From Thermodesulfobacteriota bacterium (GTDB taxonomy: Bacteria > Desulfobacterota > Desulfobulbia > Desulfobulbales > SURF-16): 19,143 nucleotides of DNA. Below are positions 1 through 6,751 of the stretch, piece after piece; position 1 is the first letter of the stretch; every line of letters starts with the position of its first letter. A program made the translations under genes and the position numbers. The DNA lies in contig JBDLIE010000051.1 in the NCBI GenBank assembly GCA_039715015.1, positions 1 to 19,143 on the forward strand. Direction: 5' to 3'. The notes beneath the pieces were generated by a model, which worked only from the letters and a program-made list of their open reading frames with translations, made no database searches and was not told where the DNA came from.

Positions 1-149
1 GTGGTAACAACACCGCTACCATCAGCGGAGTTCATGTAGGCACCTTCTACGAAGTAGTAACCGGTCACTGAGAACTCAAGAGCCTGAGCTGCGGTGGCCA
101 TACCTGCTACCAGACCGAGGGCAGCTACAGTTGACAGTATTTTTTTCAT
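1..149 (-). CDS. 5' fragment of a secreted / outer-membrane (porin-like) protein with a Sec signal peptide; the gene runs off the left edge
   Basis: The reverse complement of 1-149 reads MKKILSTVAALGLVAGMATAAQALEFSVTGYYFVEGAYMNSADGSGVVT with no stop before the window edge. It has a K-rich n-region, a hydrophobic core and an AQA cleavage motif, followed by alternating aromatic/aliphatic residues typical of a beta-strand. An AAGGAG Shine-Dalgarno lies on the minus strand at 158-163, 8 nt before the ATG (147-149). It is absent from the ORF track because it is open-ended. Confidence 0.6.
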   Translation of the reverse strand, partial: MKKILSTVAALGLVAGMATAAQALEFSVTGYYFVEGAYMNSADGSGVVT

Positions 150-503
150 ATCTCTTTCTCCTTAAGAAAAATGTATGCGGGTCGTTCTGACCCATCCCCT
201 AAACATGGTGGTGAAGTTTTAACAGCTGCAATAACGAAAAACGTTCTCCCACCTCATAAACTTGCTGACCATTAGACTGAAAAGAGCAGGGGGAGTCAAG
301 TTTTTTTTACTGCGCCAATATCCCATTATTTCCAGAAAGGGCAGGAAACAACACCTTAAGTTTAAAAAATTGTATTTTGTTTTCAGCTATTTTTTAGAGG
401 TGGATAAGTTTTTCCAGTGCCCTGGTAGCGTTACCTAGCAATTCTGCCCCATATATTGTGTCAGGGAGTAAAATTTTTTTTGGAAACACTTATTTATGAA
501 ATT

Positions 504-525
504 TGATCATTATTGCTCAATAATC
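504..525. promoter_or_regulatory. AT-rich palindromic operator candidate (Fur-box-like) in the long divergent intergenic region
   Basis: The sequence TGATCATTATTGCTCAATAATC contains the 7-2-7 palindrome ATTATTG-CT-CAATAAT (509-524). Its ATCATTATT segment matches 8 of 9 positions of the 3' half of the classical Fur box (ATCATTATC). The call is by eye only. Confidence 0.2.
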
Positions 526-782
526 TACCCGCCTTGAGCTCGATAAATTGCTTTGATGGTAGGATGACCCCTGGGCGCGAAACAGGGGTGAAAAGCAGAA
601 GGTTAATTATTTATCGCCAGGAGGGCCGGGTTCCTACACAGTGTTGGAGTTTGGCAACCGGCTGAAGATGAATGGTTATCCTTTTTTTATTGTCGTGCTT
701 ATGCTATTTGTGGCTTGAAGATGGTCATGTAGTCTCGGTCCTGGTTATACTGGACGAAAAATCCCTGCAAGGAGAGAAAAAG

Positions 783-1388
783 ATGGTCAAAAAAGAAACC
801 CTTTATATCGTTGCCCTGATTACCTTTGGTGTTGGTTTTATCAGTGGCGTCATATTTTCCGCCGTCAAATCGACACCCATGGACGATGGCCGCAACCATC
901 CTCCCCAGCAAGCAACAGCCCAGCCCCAACAGCAGGACAAAACAGAAGCGATCAAGGCCCTTGAGCAGACGGTCGGCAAAGAACCACAGAATTACGAGGC
1001 CTGGGTCCGCCTGGGTAATAATTATTATGATACGGGCCAGAATGAAAAAGCGATAACCGCCTATGACAAGGCCCTGGCCATCAATAACGGATCAGCCAAT
1101 GTCTGGACTGATATGGGCATCATGTACCGCCGGACCGGTCAGTTTGACAAGGCCATTGAGAGCTTCGAAGAAGGGGCCAAACGGGACCCTTCCCATATCT
1201 TCTCCCGTTTTAACAAGGGGATCGTCCTTCTTTCCGATCTCAACGATACTGCCGGTGCCATTGCCGCCTGGGAAGAGGTCCTGGAGATCAATCCCGCCAC
1301 AACAACCCAAAACGGGAGAAAGCTCAGCGATTGGGTTGCCGAACTCAAGGCCTCTTCGCCAGGCTCAGGGACCGGCGGCGCGAGGTAG
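783..1388 (+). CDS. membrane-anchored tetratricopeptide-repeat (TPR) protein
   Basis: The ATG at 783 is preceded by GGAG (771-774) with 8-nt spacing. The N-terminus MVKKETLYIVALITFGVGFISGVIFSAV is a single TM anchor, followed by a Q/P-rich linker. TPR-like repeats follow (NYEAWVRLGNNYYDTGQNEKAITAYDKALAINNGSANVWTDMGIMYRRTGQFDKAIESFEEGAKRDP). The last ~12 codons (ASSPGSGTGGAR) lie inside a repeat copy (1354-1375). Confidence 0.8.
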   Translation: MVKKETLYIVALITFGVGFISGVIFSAVKSTPMDDGRNHPPQQATAQPQQQDKTEAIKALEQTVGKEPQNYEAWVRLGNNYYDTGQNEKAITAYDKALAINNGSANVWTDMGIMYRRTGQFDKAIESFEEGAKRDPSHIFSRFNKGIVLLSDLNDTAGAIAAWEEVLEINPATTTQNGRKLSDWVAELKASSPGSGTGGAR

Positions 1389-1404
1389 TTTGAAATGATG
1401 TTCG

Positions 1405-1439
1405 CTGAGCTTGTCGAAACGCCCTTCGACAGGCTCAGG
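1405..1439. repeat. tight hairpin made of two inverted copies of the CTGAGCTTGTCGAA repeat core
   Basis: CTGAGCTTGTCGAA (1405-1418) and TTCGACAGGCTCAG (1426-1439) are reverse complements with one mismatch, separated by a 7-nt loop. Confidence 0.85.
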
Positions 1440-1477
1440 GGGCCTCTTGTTGAGATTATTGGTACTTAAGAGACAAA

Positions 1478-1786
1478 ATGCCAAAAGGTTATATGTACAT
1501 ATTGGAGTGCTCAGATGGGAGTTACTATACTGGGAGTGCAAGGCATTTGGGGCAGAGGATAAACCAACATTTAAATGGTGAAGGCGCGAATTATACCCGC
1601 AAGAGATTGCCGGTTAAATTGGTGTATATGGAAGAATTTCCAAGAATCGACGAGGCATACTGCAGAGAAAAACAGGTACAAGGATGGAGCAGAGCAAAGA
1701 AATTAGCTTTGATAAATGGAGATTTTAAAAAATTGCCTGAGCTGGCGAAGCCCTCTGCTCCCTTCGACAAGCTCAGGGAGCGGTAG
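1478..1786 (+). CDS. GIY-YIG (URI-domain) nuclease family protein, YhbQ/COG2827-like, 102 aa
   Basis: The protein shows the GIY-YIG signature: MYILECSDGSYYTGSARHLGQRINQH ... NYTRKRLPVKLVYMEEF ... EAYCREKQVQGWSRAKK. That is the YxY(I/V)L...YYTG motif, a conserved Arg, and the E..K.W.R.KK helix. The C-terminal residues PFDKLRER are encoded by a repeat copy (1760-1778). Confidence 0.9.
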   Translation: MPKGYMYILECSDGSYYTGSARHLGQRINQHLNGEGANYTRKRLPVKLVYMEEFPRIDEAYCREKQVQGWSRAKKLALINGDFKKLPELAKPSAPFDKLRER

Positions 1787-1895
1787 TTAGGTCGATTCGT
1801 GGCTTATCGCATTCCCGGCTCCTGAGCTTGCCGAAGGAGGTACCCTCTTCCCCTCAACCACATTCCCCCTCCCGGTCCCTGAGCTTGTCGAAGGG
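1760..1895. repeat. cluster of three copies of the CCCTGAGCTTGTCGAAGGG palindromic repeat family
   Basis: CCCTTCGACAAGCTCAGGG (1760-1778) is the exact reverse complement of CCCTGAGCTTGTCGAAGGG (1877-1895). A third, direct copy CCTGAGCTTGCCGAAGG lies at 1821-1837. The last copy abuts the mutM stop codon (1896-1898). Confidence 0.85.
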
Positions 1896-2717
1896 TTATT
1901 TCTGACATTGTGGACAGAAGAAGGTGGCGCGGCCGGCTATGGTTTGCTTTTTAATAATGCCCGGACATTTTTTGCATCTTTCACCTGCCCGGCCATAGAC
2001 GGCAAGTTCCAGCTGAAAATAGCCGGGCTTGCCTGAGGCGTTGAGATAATCGCTGATGGTGGTGCCGCCGCTTTTAATGGCCTGGGCCAGAACGCCTTTG
2101 CTTTTATCAACGATGGCTTGCCAGTGCGCCAGGTTGAGGGAACCGATGGGCATGGTGGGGTGGATGCCCGCTGCAAAAAGGATTTCATTGGCGTAGATAT
2201 TGCCGATTCCCACCACAACCTGGCTGTCCATCAGAAAATTCTTTACTGGTTGGAGTCTCTTGCCAGCCCTCTTTTTTAGATATTCAGCGTTAAAGTCTTC
2301 CCAGAAAGGTTCCGGGCCTAATTTGGCCAAGGGATCAGTCTGGGCAGAGACCATATCCTGGACAACCACAAAGCCAAAACGCCTGGTGTCGTTATAACGC
2401 ATCTCCATGCCGTCATCGAAAGAGAAGAGAAGGTGATCGTGGAGGGCTTGGGGCGCTTGGGCAGGGAAGATGCCGAGACGGCCGGTCATGCCCAGGTGGA
2501 TCAGGAGGCGACAGCCACTATCCATCTCAAAGAGGAGATATTTGGCCCGTCTACTCAAGTTTTTTATTCGCGCGCCGCAGATTTTTTCCTGCAGGTCAGC
2601 CCGGGGTATGGTCAGTCGTAATTCTTTTGGGCCACAGAAGATCTCTTTGATAAGGCGACCTTCGACATGGGGTTTGAGGCCCTGGCAGATCACCTCCACC
2701 TCTGGTAATTCCGGCAT
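1896..2717 (-). CDS. mutM: formamidopyrimidine-DNA glycosylase (Fpg/MutM)
   Basis: The N-terminal MPELPEVE carries the catalytic Pro2/Glu3. An H2TH region is present (NIYANEILFAAGIHP). The C-terminal zinc finger is CKKCPG...FFCPQCQK. The length is 273 aa. Confidence 0.95.
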   Translation of the reverse strand: MPELPEVEVICQGLKPHVEGRLIKEIFCGPKELRLTIPRADLQEKICGARIKNLSRRAKYLLFEMDSGCRLLIHLGMTGRLGIFPAQAPQALHDHLLFSFDDGMEMRYNDTRRFGFVVVQDMVSAQTDPLAKLGPEPFWEDFNAEYLKKRAGKRLQPVKNFLMDSQVVVGIGNIYANEILFAAGIHPTMPIGSLNLAHWQAIVDKSKGVLAQAIKSGGTTISDYLNASGKPGYFQLELAVYGRAGERCKKCPGIIKKQTIAGRATFFCPQCQK

Positions 2718-2742
2718 GGTGTAGAGTTTCCCCCTTTATTTT

Positions 2743-2820
2743 TGTAGGAGCCCACCCCTGTGGGCGATTTTAGGATCTGACAGTAAAATTCATTATCGCC
2801 CACAGGGGTGGGCTCCTGCA
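2743..2820. repeat. REP-like palindromic element (GTAGGAGC family), 78 bp, two inverted arms
   Basis: AGGAGCCCACCCCTGTGGGCGAT (2746-2768) is the exact reverse complement of ATCGCCCACAGGGGTGGGCTCCT (2795-2817). Each arm also contains its own small hairpin (GCCCAC..GTGGGC). It lies between the DUF2721-like gene and mutM. Confidence 0.85.
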
Positions 2821-2857
2821 GGGGGCGGGAAAGGATAGTTCAATAGGCCTCTATTCC

Positions 2858-3256
2858 TTACTTCTTCTCCATCATTCGTAGTTCGAGCTTCAGGGCATGT
2901 TCGGAGATGAGAATCTCCTGAAAGGCGAGGGCCAAGGAGGCCAGCATCAGCGTCAGGCTGAGCCCGAAGATAATCTTGCCCACTGAAAGCACGCCAAGAA
3001 AAAGAAAGGTTATACAGAGAACGCAGCAAAAAAGGGCTGCTACCCCGCAGAGCTGCATATTGCGGATCAGAAAAACCCGGCGGCGGAGAATGGTGATCTG
3101 TTCGGCAACCACCTCGTCGGCCACCTCTTGATAGAGCGAGTGGAGGCTGCGGATTCGCTTGCTTAAGGCAACAAAGCGATTGGTATAGGCAACCAGGAGC
3201 AGGGATACTGCGGGGAAAAAAAGAGCAGGGGTTGTGAGCGTGATTTCGTAGGGCAT
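2858..3256 (-). CDS. small three-TM membrane protein, DUF2721-like
   Basis: The 132-aa protein has a hydrophobic N-terminal segment followed by NRFVALSKRIRSL. A central amphipathic helix ends in LRRRVFLIRN, and two further TM segments follow. This layout matches my recollection of DUF2721 (PF11026). It lies 72 nt downstream of the tri-domain gene, in the same direction. Confidence 0.6.
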   Translation of the reverse strand: MPYEITLTTPALFFPAVSLLLVAYTNRFVALSKRIRSLHSLYQEVADEVVAEQITILRRRVFLIRNMQLCGVAALFCCVLCITFLFLGVLSVGKIIFGLSLTLMLASLALAFQEILISEHALKLELRMMEKK

Positions 3257-3328
3257 ATTTTTGAAGGGCTAGAAGTTAGAGAAGTTACAGGAGATAGAGA
3301 ATCGGCATTAACCACCTTCTCTACTTCT

Positions 3329-6300
3329 TTATATTCGCAGGAACTGCAGTTGGGCAGTTTCCTGCCTATCTCTAGATTCCCAGAGCAGACACTGTTTACG
3401 AAGGCACTCCCGGTTGTCACGGTGCTGGCTGCAGGCCAGGCTGGCATCAGCTGCCAGCTTTGTGCCGAGGAACTCTTCAGAGAGAGCGGCAACCTCGCGC
3501 AGGGCCACATAGGTTTCGCGCTGACAACAGCGGCCCGCCTTTATTTCAGCAATTTCAGCAAGAACACGGGCTGTGGCGCTTTGGGCCATCTGACGGGCTT
3601 TAGGGGTGAGAGGTGTGGCGTCAAAAAGAACGGCAAAGGCAATGCCCACGCCGGTGGCTGCCCCGCAGCTCCCTAGAAAACCGCAGGCTCCACCCGGAAC
3701 CTTGGAGCCCCGTTCAATACCGGTGAGGATATCGCCACTCCCAATGGCAAGACCGCTGTTGCGGGCTGTGGCCAGGATGATCCCCGGAAGCATGGCATGG
3801 TGTTCCGGACCATGCATGGGAATGGCATGCTGGGCCCTGATCTCTTCAAGCAGCGAGATCATATCTGCATCCTTGCTGTTCAGGCAGATTTGTCTGATGA
3901 TGGCCAAGCCTTCCTTCTGGTGACATTGGTCGCAGACAAAATGGCCGTCAGGGCACCTGATATTGGCCCGGAATTCCTGGCCGCAATAATGACAACCAGC
4001 CTTCACCGCTTTGCTGTTATAGGAAAGGGTGTTGCCGCAGACCATGCAGTCCTGTTCCAGTTTTGCCTGATTATCCTCTTGGCCGCAGCAGGGCTCAGCC
4101 GCCTTTTCATCGCAGCAACCTGTCTGCTCAGGTGGCGTCGTGCAGCAGGAATCACCAAGGCTGGCCAGAGGCTGGGGCGCCGCCCCCCAAGGCGACTTCG
4201 TGCCGGGCGTGCAGCAGGAAGAAATCATCTCCATATTGGTCACTGTGCCTGTATCATCGACAATAAACACTGAGTCACCCAAGGCCTGGACATCAGGGTG
4301 AGGAAGGCGGGTACGTTTGCCCTTAAGGAGCAGGTGGCCGTTTTCGGTATGGACAGCGGCGAAGGGGCCCCGATAGATGACCTCCACCTCCTTAATGGCG
4401 GCTGGTTTCCAGGCCCGAAAGGTCAGGGAGTAAAACTGGGCGTCCTCGACCTTGCGGTAGGGAAAACGTTTGACAAGTTCCATGGCGGTGAAGCCGGAGG
4501 CGCGCAGCATGGCCATCAGGTCCTCTTGGAGCATGGCGCCGCCCAGGCACTCACCACGAAACTGCTCGTCATTTTTGATGGTGGTGGGGATGGCTTCATC
4601 GGTGACAATGTCAGAGACCACCAGCCTGCCGCCTGGCTTTAAAACGCGGAGCACCTCTTGGAAGGTTTGACGTTTATCAGGGCTGAGGTTAATCACGCAG
4701 TTGGAGATCACTGCATCGGCACAGCCGTCCGGCAGGGGAATCTCCTCCAAAAACCCTTTTTTAAACTGGACATTGGCATAGCCCAGCCGCGCTGCCACCT
4801 CGTCAACTGAGCCACGGGCCAGCTCCAGCATGGCATCGGTCATATCAATACCATATACCTGGCCATCTTCACCCACTCTCTCGGCAGCCATGAAACACTC
4901 AACGCCGCTGCCGCTGCCCAGGTCAATCAGGGTTTCGCCGCTCACTGGCGCTGCATCCTGCACAGGGCTGCCGCAGCCGTAGGAACGCTTTTTAGCCACC
5001 TCAGGAATGAAATCAGCGTCCGCCTGGCCATCTGCAAAAGGATTAACGATATCCTTGTTGGCAGCCTGGGCGGCCTGACCGTAAAACTCGCGTACCGAGG
5101 CATGACCATCGGCCAGGGCCACCACACAGTTACAATGGGTCAGGGTGACAGATTTGCCGTCCGGACAGTCATAGCGCACGTCTCCCATCTTCAGGGCCAG
5201 CTCGGGCCTATGGGGATCAGGATAGGCCTTGGCCTGTTTACCAATAAGCCATAAAGCCACCCCGTTATAAAGCGCCACATAGGGGTCATGACCGCTGAAT
5301 TGGCCAGCGGCCAGATAGGAGTGGTCGATATCACCGCCACCAATCAGAAATTTGAGGGGGTTTTGATCATAGCTGCTGCCCTGTAGGGTGGCATGGCGAA
5401 TGGTGTCCAGCACTGGGCTGGTACGCCACACATCCTCCAGGCCCTGCTCCAGACTGCCGCAATCAAGTTCGGGCACTGCCACCAGGGCCGGTGAAGGGTA
5501 GATATGCCCGTCCGGCCCTACAGCCATTGATTCCCAGCCGGCATTGCTAAGGTCAAAACGAGTGCCAGGGGTGGCAAAAACCTGGGCCCGCAGGGTCTCT
5601 ATATTGTCGATACTTACCCCCAGACTTTGTGCCTCCTCTTGGGCGGTAAGAAGCTGAGGCAGAATCTCGGCCGGGGCCACATGCTGCTCTTGGCTGCCCT
5701 TGCCACGCTGAAAATGCCAGAGAAAATGAACAGAGTTGCCGCGCTTTGCCGCCAGGCGGACAATTTTCACCATATCAGCAAGATTGTTGCGACAGACCAC
5801 CATGGAGATGGTGGCCGAGAAACCCGCCTCTGCCACTTTGTCGAGGTTAGTCATCAACCATTTGAAGGCACCTTTGCCGCGAATTTGGTCATGACTCTCC
5901 TGCAGGCCGTCGACACTGATCTGAAAATGAAGACGCGACGGATCCACATCGGCAAGGGCGGCCAGATGTTTTTCAAGAAGCAGGCCGTTAGTGAGCACCA
6001 CAACATGGTTCTCCGGTTCAGCCAGAAGATTTTTGATGATATTGCTGAAATCAGGATAGATAAAGGGTTCGCCGCCGGTAAAAAAGAAGAGGCGGCAGCC
6101 TAAGGAGCGAGCCTGGGCCAGAGCGCTATCGAGTTCTTGCCGAGGCAGGCTTTCCCGGCAGGCCGGTCCGGCAGCAAAGAGGCAATGCTCGCAGCTGAGG
6201 TTGCAATGGTTGGTGATATGAAACCAGCACTCCTTCAGCTCTTCCATCTCTATGTGTTCGGCCCGGCCTTGGTAATTGGAAGCCGTGGGCCTGCAGAGCT

Positions 6301-6469
6301 GGGAATAGAGAGAGTGCTCGGCCAGGCTCTGCGGCGGGTTGCCGGCAAGAAGATGGTCAATAATGGGTTCGGCTTCAGGGGTGGCCACCAGCCAATCAGG
6401 CCTGTCTGGGAGAACATAAACCGGGATGGACAAGGTGTCGAGACGCTGCCAAGTTGGAAGAGGAGTCAT
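3329..6469 (-). CDS. tri-domain protein: radical-SAM domain + ArsM-type As(III) SAM-methyltransferase domain + CC-rich linker + C-terminal zinc-ribbon/HGPEHH (DUF5714-like) domain
   Basis: It is one uninterrupted ORF. The radical-SAM motif CNLSCEHC lies at 6182-6205, with GGEPFIYPDF downstream. The methyltransferase motif I is LIDLGSGSGVEC. ArsM-type cysteines sit in YGCGSP (Cys codon 4973-4975), ISNCVINL (4697-4699) and GECLGGA (4547-4549), spaced 92 and 50 residues apart. The linker has four CC pairs (4078-4222). The C-terminal region has CMVCG..CHYCG..CPDGHFVCDQCH, HGPEHH and GGACGFLGSCGAA. The start is taken as the ATG at 6469 (MTPLPTWQRL...); the ORF stays open upstream to 6565. Confidence 0.85.
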   Translation of the reverse strand: MTPLPTWQRLDTLSIPVYVLPDRPDWLVATPEAEPIIDHLLAGNPPQSLAEHSLYSQLCRPTASNYQGRAEHIEMEELKECWFHITNHCNLSCEHCLFAAGPACRESLPRQELDSALAQARSLGCRLFFFTGGEPFIYPDFSNIIKNLLAEPENHVVVLTNGLLLEKHLAALADVDPSRLHFQISVDGLQESHDQIRGKGAFKWLMTNLDKVAEAGFSATISMVVCRNNLADMVKIVRLAAKRGNSVHFLWHFQRGKGSQEQHVAPAEILPQLLTAQEEAQSLGVSIDNIETLRAQVFATPGTRFDLSNAGWESMAVGPDGHIYPSPALVAVPELDCGSLEQGLEDVWRTSPVLDTIRHATLQGSSYDQNPLKFLIGGGDIDHSYLAAGQFSGHDPYVALYNGVALWLIGKQAKAYPDPHRPELALKMGDVRYDCPDGKSVTLTHCNCVVALADGHASVREFYGQAAQAANKDIVNPFADGQADADFIPEVAKKRSYGCGSPVQDAAPVSGETLIDLGSGSGVECFMAAERVGEDGQVYGIDMTDAMLELARGSVDEVAARLGYANVQFKKGFLEEIPLPDGCADAVISNCVINLSPDKRQTFQEVLRVLKPGGRLVVSDIVTDEAIPTTIKNDEQFRGECLGGAMLQEDLMAMLRASGFTAMELVKRFPYRKVEDAQFYSLTFRAWKPAAIKEVEVIYRGPFAAVHTENGHLLLKGKRTRLPHPDVQALGDSVFIVDDTGTVTNMEMISSCCTPGTKSPWGAAPQPLASLGDSCCTTPPEQTGCCDEKAAEPCCGQEDNQAKLEQDCMVCGNTLSYNSKAVKAGCHYCGQEFRANIRCPDGHFVCDQCHQKEGLAIIRQICLNSKDADMISLLEEIRAQHAIPMHGPEHHAMLPGIILATARNSGLAIGSGDILTGIERGSKVPGGACGFLGSCGAATGVGIAFAVLFDATPLTPKARQMAQSATARVLAEIAEIKAGRCCQRETYVALREVAALSEEFLGTKLAADASLACSQHRDNRECLRKQCLLWESRDRQETAQLQFLRI

Positions 6470-6751
6470 AAACCTAATTAGTTTTTGAAATAAAACACAG
6501 GGACACAGAGTGCGGACAGGTAAGAGTTTTTCTGTGGGCTCTGTGGTGTGAAAAAACAGTTTCATACTTTTTTATATCCCACCAGTGCTGAAGGACAAGG
6601 ATTTATTTAAAGATGTGATGAATTTACAAGGGGGAAGAGAAGGGAAAAGAAGCTTTTATTCCCTTGTAATGCAACTTCCTTGTTATTTCTAACTCCTTTA
6701 TCTTCTACTACTGCCATGGTATGTTGCCTCTTCAAAAAATTGAGGATAACC

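Larger units (their letters stand above)
1354..1895. mobile_element. candidate GIY-YIG nuclease cassette bounded by ~22-bp inverted repeats
   Basis: The left end 1354-1375 is CTTCGCCAGGCTCAGGGACCGG. The reverse complement of the right end 1873-1894 is CTTCGACAAGCTCAGGGACCGG, a 20/22 match. The interior carries the GIY-YIG ORF, which is visibly more A/T-rich than its flanks, plus four more copies of the same repeat core. Confidence 0.4.

Noticed and set aside
540-665. Possible riboswitch (cobalamin- or c-di-GMP-like) suggested by GGTGAAAA, GCGAAA and GGCAACC strings
   Set aside because: Only isolated short strings match. I could not assemble the conserved cores of either class (no B12 box GCCACTG, no GEMM-type paired helices). 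A claim would need an Rfam scan.
672-782. N-terminal 37-codon extension of the TPR ORF (MVILFLLSCLCYLWLEDGHVV...)
   Set aside because: There is no ribosome-binding site at 672, and the extension is odd hydrophobic, Cys-rich sequence. The internal ATG at 783 has a well-spaced GGAG and begins a sensible TM anchor.
6470-6565. Upstream 32-codon extension of the tri-domain ORF (MKLFFHTTEPTEKLLPVRTLCPCVLFQKLIRF)
   Set aside because: The sequence does not look protein-like and lies in A/T-rich DNA typical of the intergenic region. I prefer ATG 6469, but neither start has a strong SD, so this remains uncertain rather than excluded.
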